Assembly (NCBI GenBank): GCA_016748015.1
Contig: JAAOMT010000727.1
Coordinates: 34,203-98,202 of the forward strand
Source: Geosiphon pyriformis uo1
Lineage: Eukaryota > Fungi > Glomeromycota
Reading direction: 5' to 3'
Length of the DNA stretch: 64,000 nt
Shown piece by piece: positions 36,409-48,699 of this stretch. The notes beneath the pieces were generated by a model that saw only the letters and a list, made by a program, of their open reading frames with translations, ran no database searches and had not been told where the DNA came from. The translations under genes were made by a program, and so were the position numbers. The stretch's first letter is position 1. Every line of letters begins with the position of its first letter.

Positions 36409-37191
36409 TATTGTCTTAACTGGTTCAAGTGGCTGGTCATGTGTAAAAAATGCATGATTCATGCTTAGTTTAGATTATTTCTTTGATGTATAGTTCTGAA
36501 TGGTGTTTGGACTTTACTCATTAAATAAAAAAATAAAAAAAATGTTATTAATATTAATTAAACTATAAATTATTTTTTTAATTCTTAAATGTATTTTTTT
36601 TTAATATAATTAATATTTATTTTGAAATTAAGCAGTTTTTAATACTTTTGTATTTAAACTTGGTTTGTTTTTACTTAATATTTATAATTAATAAGATGAA
36701 TTAATACTATATATTTATAGTATAATATTTAAATTTTTATATAAGCTTTGATTTTATTAGTTAATATAAAATCAATTTGTAAACATATTTAATAAAAATT
36801 ATATAAAGATTGTTTTTTGTTGCTGTTTAACAATAGTTATATAATAAGCAATATTTTAAGATAATTTGTTTATACTATAATAATATTAAATTTTTAAATC
36901 ATATTTTTACATATAAGTTAAATATTAATATATACTTAAATGTATTAAATAATATATTTAATTTTTGAGTTTTTATTTTTAATATATTGTTTTTATTATT
37001 ATTAATATTATATTTGCTTAATTTTAATACTTTAATAATTTATTATATACTATAATATTTTTTTATTATTATTATTTAATGAGTGAGGTTCAAACACAGC
37101 CTAGTTTTATACATTAAAAAAATAATCTATACTAGGTGTGAATCATGTTTTTTCTATATGTGACCAGCCACTTGGGCTGATCAGAACAACA

Positions 37192-40100
37192 CTATGCAGT
37201 TATACAAATTGAAACTAAATCATCTATTCCAGAAAAAAACAAACAAGATTTGCAAAATACAAAATATACACCAAAAGCCTCAACTATGTTAAGTATCTTA
37301 AATACACTAGCAAAAAACCCTGAAATCAAACCAAAGACCAATATAAGAGCTGAACCATCAAAAAGAACCAAGCCATTTTTCTCCATATATGTCTGATATT
37401 GAGCACAAACCAACCAGACATTATCTCTAAAATTAAAATTAAGAGAGCACACAAACTCAACAATCTTATGACAAGCAACTTTGGGATCATGAAAAATAGA
37501 AATAGTCTCACAAAACCAACCATCAAAAACACAACCCTTAAAAAGAGCCATAGACAAAGAAGAATCAGAAACACAGGTTAACAACAACTGGAACACACCC
37601 GAAAAGAAATGGAAGAGACCCAAAAGTGACTTCCAAGAATTCACATGGGATTCTAGTATTTGATGCCAAGTAGGCTCATCAACTTTGTAAGAAAACACAT
37701 GATCTGATACTTCCACCTCATCATAGTACAAGCACAGCACACTGGGATAACATTTATTATAAAGGCATTTTCAAACAGCCACAGGCAACCGACAATGCAG
37801 AGCTTTCATAAAATAAGTATGTGTATTGGCTGAGGTCTTGCTAGTATAACCAGCAGCCATATGTAAATCAGGATGCCATACCAGCAAAGACCAGTGCCAA
37901 TTAATCTCAGAAAGCAAACCATAAGGCAAAAACTTTAAACCAGAACCAACCTTCCAATGTGCACAACAGACAGAATGATAAATATTATAAACAAAATGTC
38001 TATAATTGCCAGAAATAATACTGCCATCAGCCATCAAAAAATGTTCATTCAGAAGGTGGAAAAAACCAACCAGAAATAGACATGTCATCAATGAGTGAAT
38101 CAGCACAGTCATTTTTCAGAACACCAGAGTGATCTTTTACCTTGTGCCAACTAATACTCAAATTTTTACCGTGAATAATATTAACTATATGATAACATTT
38201 GACCCAACACTAATTATGAAAATTGGGACATGTCAAAACCAATTCTGATTTGCAAGCATCCAAAGCAGATTGACTATCTGAAAACAAGTGAACAGAACTA
38301 GCCAAAAGAACACATTCTAGAGCCAATGCAATAACTTGCATCTTAGCCAAAGTAGATAACATTAAACCCAATACTCCAATGTCCAAATCCAAATCAATGT
38401 CTTCGAAATAAACAGCAGGACTGGCCTTACAGTCAACTGTGCCCAAACCTCTTAGAGACCTATCTGTATATACAGATAAACTACCAGTACCAACCCAAGA
38501 TAAATGATTACATACAGACATAAAACTGCTAAAGCCAAAAATGTTCAGAAGACCAACACCACTTGATGCTGAGAGAAGAGTTGAAAACAAATCTGCATTA
38601 TTAAGAAATACAGTGGAGAGTTTGAATCATTCAGGAACAGACCCATGGGAGTCCAGTCTCTTCCACTACTTAAATGTGTACTAATTAAAGACAGTGCCAT
38701 AATAATTATGAAGTTGGTCCACAAATGCAATACTATATCATTGAAGAAAAGGAAGAAACTTGAAAAACATTGACTTGTCAAGGGCAACAGACATGGGAAT
38801 CCCACCACAACCATGAAAAAAATTGGCCAGAGAGCCACCAATAGACAAACTGCAATCACAAAAAACACAAACCATGCCCACTAAGAAATTATTAGAAGCA
38901 CCAACACAAATGCGAACTAGAGAACATAGAAAATAAACAAGATGCCAACAAAAAATTTGCAAATCATGAGACCTGTGAGAAAACAAATGATCCAGAATCC
39001 CATTAGAGTTTGCAAAGCTAATAAGAGAAGTGATCTTACTCTCAGATTGAATTTGCACAAAAAATTTTAAATCATAAAAAAAGAGATGGTGAATTGTGTT
39101 ACTTAGAAAGTCAAGAGACAGGTCAGACTTGATCTTTAGCTTCTTATGAATCAGAGCATTCCACTTGTTACATACACTAACCAGAACAAAACTAAATTGC
39201 ATCTTATAACTTACTATAAGATGAAGTACTACTAACACCAAATATAAAAACTACTTATCTGAGACCATCTTTCTTAGAACCAAGTTGATAAAAAAGCAAA
39301 TATTTGAATTCGCCTTAGCCAAACTAGGCTTCAAAAGACCTTTAATCAAAAAAAAATACCCAAGTACTGATGAGATTTACTCTTTTTAGTGATAGAGATA
39401 GGTGCACTACTGATAGAAAGAGAAGAAATATTAACTCTGCTATTAATAGAAATAGTCACTGTTTTGTTATTATTAATTAAAATGTCATTAATTTGAAAGA
39501 AATCACTTGCAATATTGAGAATATGCTGAGTAGTACTTTAATTGCTACCAATCTAAATTGTATTATTGATAAAGACGCCAGCAACAAAAAAAGAAGAAAG
39601 CCCAGCCTAAGATTCAGCATGACCACTCTTGGAAACAAAATAAAAATTCAGGCTATACTCATATACATTCTCTTGATGCTTAATTTTACACAACAAAGGG
39701 TCATAAAATATGTGCCACAGAAGGGGAAAAAAAACTTCTCCTTAGTCCAAACCATCATATACATGATAACTACTTGTTAAACCAAAATTTGTCATAATTC
39801 TGTTAGTATGATCTTTATGAATATTACCAAAGAATTAAACAAATTTGCTGTATATCTTAATCCTGACCAAACTTTTCTCAAGATGTTCTCAGCCAACCAA
39901 ATCATATGCTTTTCATATGTCTTACAGAACCAGCCAAATTTCTCTGTTCTTTTCCAAAGCATCCTCAATAACCAAACTGATTGCAAAAATGAGAGACTGA
40001 GTTGACATGTCCTTTAAAACTGAAAAATTGTTCCCACAAAGAACATCAAAAGTGCTGTATGTCAAAGAAATTCTATTAGAGAGAATCTTAGAAAAAATCT

Positions 40101-41876
40101 TGTAAGCTGTCTTAATTAAAGCAATAGAATAGATATTTGTTAAAACACTCTTCCAGTTGTAAGACTTAGGAATCATCAAGATCCAAGCCTCCTTCCAAAA
40201 ACTAGGCACAGATTTACAAGCTAAACAAGAGTTCAAAAGCACCAAAAGCAATTAAGAACTGATTCATCACAATGTTTCTATAGTTCATTCGAGATACTCA
40301 AGAGGCCAGCAGCTTTGCCATTAGGCAAATTAGAAACCACTCCATATAATTCATCAAATCCAATTGAACACATTACATCAGAAAAAGCTTCATTGAAAAC
40401 ATACTCCAAAGGTTAATATTGACAGCTTCAATTATTGGCAATATCATTGACCATCTGATGTTTTCTAATTCAACCCTCCATAATTGTATCTACTTTAGAC
40501 TTGACCAACTCAGGCTCCAAGACCAACTTTTTATCCATAACTAAATAATCCAACACCACTTTACAAAAGGAATGCTCTAGTATATTTCTAATGATATGAT
40601 TTTTATCTAACTCAAAATTCTCTATCCTTTTACAAATCACCTGTTTGATGCAAAACTCCTCAACATGTCTCAATTCTAATAATTTAGAAGAGCAATAAGA
40701 TTTCTTTGCCTTAGCCAACTCAGAACAAACAGCATCAAAACTAGAACCAGAAATAAAAAGAAATTTCACTTCCACCATGCCATCATTATCAAGTCTATCC
40801 CAAGTCTTTAATAATGAAGCAAAATCTTTACTAGAAGCTAAACAAGAAGCCTTTGCTAACTTTGACACCAACAACTCAAGTTTATAAAATTTAAAAGATT
40901 CTTTGATAAAAACTTCATCAAAACTTTTGAACCATTTCTTACTGAAAGTACTATTGGCTAAAAAAACCAATATCTTGCAAACAATGGCCCACATTGCATC
41001 CAAATCCGAAAATGTTACAGCCCTAGCAAACTCATTCAAGAACATAGTAGTATTAGCTGCCATGGCATTTTTAAACTCACATCATTTCGCAACATTGGCA
41101 TTTTTAACATCAAATTTCCAACAATCCTTATTAGCTTGCTTTTAAAGTGAAAACAACTGCACATCTAACAAACTGCCAAGACTCACAGAGACAGCAATAG
41201 CTTTGTAATCAGTATCAAAATAGTCCACAACATCAGTCATACTGTAGCTTACTATTAAGTTGACCAAGTTAGAAGAAATGAACAAGTAATCAATCACCCT
41301 AATGACACCACAAGAATTGCACTATGTTAGTATTTTGGCTACTGAGCCTCCACCCAAAGAGTTAATCAAATCCAAATCAAAGCACTTATTGTAATTAGCA
41401 CATCTATAAGAACTATTTTCATTGAATTCACCACCAAGGATAATAAAAGAAAACTTGTTCACAGCTTTAGTAATAAGAAAATTGATCTTACCAGCTTGAG
41501 AAAAATAAACTGTGGAAGAGACATTAGTGTAGAATTCCAAAATTGAAACAGAAAGTTTATTTTTGAAAAGCAATTTAATAGAGAAGAGTCAATCAAATAT
41601 CTCAGAAACCTTATACACATATTTGGCCAAAGAATTGTCCATGATCACAGCAACACCTGAACCCAAATAACCAGAGTTCATACTTGAAATAAACACATAA
41701 GCACCACTAAATCTGTTAACAATCCATGGATGGACTTTTTCTTTCAGCTTTGTTTCCATGAAAATTGAAACCAGATTATTTATGTCCTTATGTTAATACA
41801 CAATATTTTTTTGTTTAACTAGATTGTTCATACCTCAGATATTGCACGTGACAATCTTCCAAACTAGACTATTCAT
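37192..41876 (-). pseudogene. LINE ORF2, decayed
   Basis: GGEFN, WKEAWI, VYTDRS, SDSQSAL, CLYYDEVEVSDHVF. Confidence 0.9.
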
Positions 41877-43710
41877 TGAGAAAAAAGATTAGAAAATGCA
41901 TTACCAGCCAAAATTGAACCATTAAATCTTGCTATCAGACTCAGAACCAAAGCAAAAAGCTCTTTTAGTATAATTTCTAGTCTTTTTACCTTAAGAGATG
42001 CAAAAGGAACTAATTTTGCAGCAGTCTTACCACCAGTGTTCCCACCCAACTCTTTCTCATTACTACATCACCCACTTGATCCTGTGATGGGGGGTTACTG
42101 ACAGCTAATATCCAGGGCTAGGCTGGAAAACTGCTGGCATGAGTAAATCTAATCTCTTAGCCAATTCACTAATTTGCCCTGTGAGGCTGGTAAGACTATT
42201 TTCCAAAATAGCAAACCTTTTTTTAATATCAACCATAACAGGCAGAGTAGGTTTCATCTCCAAAAAAAAGCCAGAATCGACCAAACTACTATGCACAGAA
42301 AGAGGAGGAAACAAAGATCTATCTGCAATCTTTGCCTAAGACACTCCACTAAAAGTGATAAAACGAACAACAGGAGCTGAACATTTAACATAAATGTTAA
42401 CCAGTCTGCTTTTATCCAAGTTTGAAAGTGTCCTATAAGAAGATCTTCCAAAGAAAAGATTCTCACCCACAAAACAGTTCAATGATGTATGACCCACTTT
42501 CTTATATTTAACACATTTAGAAAAACCCAAACGAGACCAGTGTAGATTTACATCCCTCAAAACTGAAGTAATTCCCATAACAGCATCCAAGAATTCAGCT
42601 ATTTCAAAACAAACAACAGCACATCTAGCACAAACATACGTAATTAGATGACAATCAATCACAGATGTCTTCCCACCCACAGAACTAATAAAGTCTCAGA
42701 CATCATAAGCATTTGTTTCCATTGATAGAATATAGAGCAGTGCCCTATAATGATCTCTTGCATCTCATGATTTCTTATCTTGATCAGCCCTGGCTACATG
42801 CACAGCATCCTTCCCAATTAAAATAAACCAACAAGCCATGACCAAATCAGTCTGTTCAACCTTACCAAATTTGACTACAGCTTTTTGCCACAATTCTACC
42901 AATTGTATTTTAATCAACACCACCATACCAAATTCAGATAGTGCAGTGTGCACAGCCTCAGCCAAAGTTCTAATAGGGATTTTTTTTACTATCACAGCCT
43001 AATCTGATCACCCAAATAATTTTTTGAGATCAGCATTTACCAAATCTTTGCTTCTTCAGCCTTTTTAAAAGCCTGTACCAAACTTAATTCAGAAATAAAT
43101 GTTGCTCTAATGATCCCAGCAAATTTTGAAGAGATAAAGACCCCCCCAAAACCATTGATTTTTGAAAATAACTTTCTAATTATCATAAGCTTTTCTTGAG
43201 CAGATTTCCCAACATTGGTTAAACTGATGTCCAGAGTAAAAAATTTTCTAACAGAAACATTAACCAATTTTTCAAAAAGGGGGGAAGAACTACAGATTTG
43301 TCCAAGAGAATGTTATCATTATTATTGCCCAAGAAGTCAATTTTCTCCAATGGTTTACCCAGTGCTCTCTTAGTCTGAATTTTTGAACTTTTAAGAGTTT
43401 GTTTCAAGTTTTTACCAGCAATAATACCATCTTCTCCATAATCAAAGCTGGTCTTCTTAACCAAAAATTTTTCCTTTATGTTCACACTTTCTGATTCAGT
43501 GGTATTGCCTGTCTCAGAATTCTATAAACAACTACTTGATGCCTTAACAGTAGCAAATTTTTTATTACTTATATTATCTTTAAAAGCACTATTTCTTCTC
43601 TTTTTTTTAGACTCAATAGACTTAACACTAATGTTAAAACCAGGCTCCATGATAGACTTGTTCAGAACAACAATACTAGGGCCAACAGTGGCCTCATAAT
43701 CATGCAAAAA
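41873..43710 (-). pseudogene. LINE ORF1, decayed
   Basis: TSFDYG, LSEFG...LWQKAVV, CVKYKKVGHTSLNC knuckle. Confidence 0.85.
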
Positions 43711-43965
43711 CGGTTTGGAAATATTGTGCTGAATAGTGAAAAAACTTTTTTTAGAAAATTATGGGCTTTTTTTTGAAAATTTGGAATGAATAAAAGAAAA
43801 AAGTTTTTTTTTTTACTGAATTTATTTTACTATAATATACAAAAATATTTTATTAAATATCTAATATATCAAAACTGTATTAATATTTAAGAATACAAAA
43901 TAGTTTAATTTGTATTTAATGCTTTTTATTTATTTTTTAGTAAAAAACCACAAAAAAAAGTATAA

Positions 43966-44404
43966 NNNNNNNNNNNNNNNNNNNNNNNNNNNNNNNNNNN
44001 NNNNNNNNNNNNNNNNNNNNNNNNNNNNNNNNNNNNNNNNNNNNNNNNNNNNNNNNNNNNNNNNNNNNNNNNNNNNNNNNNNNNNNNNNNNNNNNNNNNN
44101 NNNNNNNNNNNNNNNNNNNNNNNNNNNNNNNNNNNNNNNNNNNNNNNNNNNNNNNNNNNNNNNNNNNNNNNNNNNNNNNNNNNNNNNNNNNNNNNNNNNN
44201 NNNNNNNNNNNNNNNNNNNNNNNNNNNNNNNNNNNNNNNNNNNNNNNNNNNNNNNNNNNNNNNNNNNNNNNNNNNNNNNNNNNNNNNNNNNNNNNNNNNN
44301 NNNNNNNNNNNNNNNNNNNNNNNNNNNNNNNNNNNNNNNNNNNNNNNNNNNNNNNNNNNNNNNNNNNNNNNNNNNNNNNNNNNNNNNNNNNNNNNNNNNN
44401 NNNN
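43966..44404. other. Assembly gap (N run)
   Basis: Run of N; a second 20-N gap lies at 55361-55380. Confidence 1.
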
Positions 44405-44832
44405 ATTTTTATAAAAAAACACAATTAGAATATACAAATTATGTTTTATTTTAAAAATATTTTATTATAGAGTTTTATAATTGTTATTTATTTTTTAGAA
44501 TCTTCTTTTATTTTTATATTTATATAATTTTTTTTAAGTAAATTTTGGTTTTCTATATATTAAAATTTTTTTTTGTCAATAATTTATTAATTATTACAGT
44601 ATAATTTTCGAAATTTTGACCAATTGTTGTGTATTTAATAGTAAATTATTAAATATATTTATAGTAATTAATGTTTTAAATTCTTGATTATAGAAAAAAA
44701 AAATTATTTTTTGTTAATAGTTTTGAATTATAATAAATATTGCTTAAAATCATAATTAAATAACATAATCAATTGTTTTTTTATGTTTAATTTATCTTTA
44801 AAAAATAAATTAATATTAAATAAAATTATATA

Positions 44833-44837
<5 letters not shown>

Positions 44838-44865
<28 letters not shown>
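44838..44865. repeat. (TAA)n microsatellite
   Basis: About 9 TAA units. Confidence 0.85.
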
Positions 44866-44866
<1 letters not shown>

Positions 44867-45360
44867 TATATATTATTATTTAACTGTTTAATATTAATTT
44901 TTTGTTCAAATTAATATAAAATATGTTAACAATATAAATATTTATATTTGTTTTTGAAAATTTTCAATAATATTAGCATTTATTAGTTAAAAATATAATA
45001 TTATATTTAGAGAAAAATAGTACAAGCAATATTAATTAATTGAAAGAAATTAAATTATTAACCAAAAATAATATATAATAATTTTAAATTTGAAAGTCTT
45101 TATTATATATTTGAACTATGTTTTTTATATATCTAAGCATATTTATGTTTTAAAATTAAATTTGTAAATTACAAGTAAATTGAAATATTAATTTTTTTAA
45201 AGCATCTTGAATTTTTTGTATATCTAATTATTAAAGATTACAATTTATAAAATTTAGTTAAATTTGAAGTTAAAAAAATTATAATTCAAAATTTATTTTA
45301 TAAAAAACCTAATTAATTTAATATAATAATATATATTATTTATATTTTTATTATTAAAAT

Positions 45361-46891
45361 TTAATAAGCAAGACCTAACCATTATCTAAAAATTAGAACC
45401 AAACTAAGTATTTCAATATTAAATGTAGTTTATGTACTTTCTACATTTACCAACTACTTGAATTAGTTTAAGTTATACTATGTTGATGCTCTAGAAAAAA
45501 ACTTATTTAAAGAAAACATCTTCTAAATAATTTCAAATAATGTAGTATTATTATTAACTAATCTAACTAACTATTCAGCTGTTTTAAAAGCATTAGTCTT
45601 AACAGCAACAGATTTATATTTTCAAAGTAATATTAAATTAAAAAACATATTATTATTAATAAAAAACAAACCTATATGAGAGCCAGACATATTAATATTT
45701 TTATAGTTATATTTCGTTATTAAAGCAATTATCTCACATTTTAGCTTACTAACAGCTTTATTGAAAGAATTTATGTATACCAAAACTTTATTGACTTTAA
45801 GACCAAAAACACTACTTAAAACCAAGTTTTTATTAACAAATTGTTTAAACATTTTTATTATAGAACCAATATGCTTAACAATAAAATTAACTAAAGCAAA
45901 AAACTTGGCCAATTCCAATTTCAATTTTAAAAAAATCAACCAAAAAGAGACCATAAAATCATTAGATGTTATATCAGCAGAAAACACTGAATTGACTAAA
46001 AGACCAAAGACCAAAGAAGACACAAAAGCAGCAGCTTTGGCATATAATCTGTTATCAACAACATAAGAGATGAACATTTTGAAAATTTTAGAAAAGAGAA
46101 GTAAAAACACTTTATAATTCAAAGCCAGATAATCTGAATCTTGGCACTAAAACAGCACTAATTTCTAGAAGTTTTCTACCAAGTACAGCACTTTTTTAGT
46201 GTACTAGTTTTGAGTACTGTAGCATCCAAATCAATCTAAGAACCAAATGTAACCAAAACAAATCGGAAATAACAACCAGACTTAAGAGAATAAAAAATAA
46301 AACATGTTTGACCACCAACATAAGAAATTATATTACTAATTTCAAAAGCTGTACAGTCAAAGAAGAGATTAACCAACTTGATTTTAAACCTATCATAAAA
46401 CAGAATAGTTTTATTTTTATTTACCAAAAAGAAGATTTTAATACTATTTTTGCTCACCAAACTGACCAATGATTCAAAGTGGATACAGTAAAGTTTAACT
46501 TTTCAAAATAAACAACTACATATTGTCAAATACCAGCAGTCTTCAGTACAATATGAGTAATATTACCAAACACACCAAGAGTTGTCTTAATGTCAGTAGC
46601 AAACACACTCAAAAGCATATCATGCAGCATAACAGCAGTAGAAAAAAAACCAAACTCAGAAACTACCAGAGACTTGACAATTTTGAGGAAGACTAAATGA
46701 ACAAAACCTGTAAGTTCAACCAAAAAAGCAGCTTTTTAAGACATTTGGAAAGCAAACTCCATACAAAAGAGCTTTACATTAATCTTTGACACTAACTTCA
46801 CATTCAGAAAACCATGTACAAACTAAAAAACAGCCTTAACATAAGCCAATTTGATTTTGAAAGTAATACTAAGTACCAGAGTAAAGACCAC
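45361..46891 (-). mobile_element. ORF1-only (HAL1-like) non-autonomous non-LTR element, 5' part missing
   Basis: Divergent ORF1 (DIKTTLGVFG...GIWQYVVVYFE...LVNL..CTAFEIS...VGGQTCFI) ending at TAG 45478-45480, followed directly by a LINE-like 3' UTR. Confidence 0.7.
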
Positions 46892-47774
46892 TATTACTAG
46901 AGATTTTTGGTCTTTTTTCTTGAATGTTATTAATATTGGTTTGCTGTGAATTTACGTTTTTAGGAAGTAATTAAACCTCTAACAACTGAATTTATCTTTA
47001 AATTATCTCTTATAATTTGAACTGCTGGGCTTATAAGTGAAATGGCCAATTCCATGTCAGTTACTTTATGTAATTATATTGTAGTAAACATCAACTCTTT
47101 TCCAAGAATTGCTTATTTGGAAACTTACTAAAAATGTATAGTTACTTTGCTGTAAAAGTCAACTTTTTTACAGAAATCTTATTTGTAGATTACTTTAAAG
47201 ATTATAATAAGAAAAGTAAAAGAAAATAAAAGAAATATTAAAGAAATAAAATGTTGTTAAGGGAAACGTTTTCTATTTAAGCCTGGAGTTACTAACAGAT
47301 TATTGAAATTGGTAGCTAATCAATTTCAAAACATTAGTTGGCTTTTGTAAATTTCAAGTATAATAATTAAGAATTTGGTTTTTGAATATTTAATTTTTAT
47401 TTGATTTTGTAAGAATGTATAAGAAATAATTTGTTTTAATTAAAATATCTAAAGTAAGATACATTTTTTTGAAGAAAAAAGTTTTTTTTTATACAACTTG
47501 TTATAATACTAGTCTTTGAATTCACACTTTTCTCTTTGCTATAATTTTGGTAAACTAAAGATATATTTCAGCAAACTACAAGTTATTTCTACAAACTATT
47601 GATTATTTTAGCCAATTTCTATAATACAAATTGGATTATTAATTGAATGATAATATTTTATAATTTGATTAACTAATAAGTAATAATTGAAATAATAATA
47701 ATATATACTAATTAATACTAGGAATTAGAAGAATAATTTTATGCTAATTAATAATTAAAATTCTACTGGTAACA
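46892..47774 (-). repeat. 3' LTR of outer gypsy B
   Basis: TATTACTAG...CTGGTAACA; collinear with the other three family-B LTRs. Confidence 0.9.
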
Positions 47775-47779
47775 TAATC

Positions 47780-48450
47780 TTCTCCTTAAAACTGAGTTCT
47801 ATCAAAGTTTAAGTACTATCTATAATATTGAGATAGTAATCCAAAATAATTGTGGTAAATTGGTCTGAAAATTGTTAAAATTTCAGTTTTGTAAATTTGC
47901 CAATGTATTGTATTTTCATTGGTTAGAGTATTAGATTTTGTAGAACATTTTCACAAGTATTAAATAAGTTATAGAATCTAAAAACTGCTCTAAGTTTGTA
48001 ATAAATATTTGTTGGTCCAGCTGCTGTCTTGATTTGTTGTGAATTTATTTTTGTATAACTTTAAAAATGAGATTTATTGTTTCAAGTTCTAGTTTTCATT
48101 TATAAAGTGTTTTTCCAATATAAAAATATCTATAAATAGAAGTATAGTCATTGTTCTGTTTATTGAGAAATAGTAAAAATTTTTGTTAAATTGTGGCATT
48201 TGGTGAAATATTAATAGAAGCAATTAAAAAATTTTTTTTAGAGCTTGTTTTAAAAGTTTTAGTAAATAACTTTTAGAATAGTTTTTTGTGTTTTTTTTAT
48301 AAAAATAATAATTCTGAAAATTATTTACTACTAGTGTCATAGTTTATTTTTGAGTATAATTAATTTGACTTCCATCAATTGTTAAAAAGTGTTTTTAAAG
48401 CTAACATTAATTTTTGAGATAATTGTTAAATGTTTTGGAGAATGATCATA
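47780..48450 (-). pseudogene. Accessory ORF3, family B outer copy
   Basis: KTAAGPTNIYYKLRAVFRFYNLFNTCENVLQN...MKIQYIGKFT. Confidence 0.7.
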
Positions 48451-48699
48451 AAAAAAAAATAACTAACTAAAAATAAAATTTGAAAAAAAATAAAGAAAAT
48501 CATTTTTGGATATAGAGTTTTTTATGTGTTTTTGGATTTGGATATTTTTTGTAATTATTTACTATTTTTGTTTTATGTTTGTATTATTAAAAAAAATTAT
48601 TATGAATAATATTAAACTAAATATTCAAGTTTGATTATTGTTTTATTACAACTATTAATTCTAACTTTCAAGGAATATCTTCAAAATTAATTAAAAAGA

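Larger units (their letters stand above)
19614..36540 (+). mobile_element. Full-length LINE copy 2, split by gypsy element A
   Basis: Shared 5' end at 19621, ORF1 and ORF2, ORF2 resumes at 35808, 3' UTR and A tail to ~36540, TSD AATGTTATTAA at 19603-19613 and 36541-36551. Confidence 0.92.
37059..43827 (-). mobile_element. Full-length LINE copy 3
   Basis: ORF1, ORF2, 3' UTR, 5' end at ~43803, candidate TSD TACTATAATAT at 37048-37058 and 43828-43838. Confidence 0.9.

Noticed and set aside
43910-44437. Three long ORFs
   Set aside because: They consist of X residues spanning the N gap
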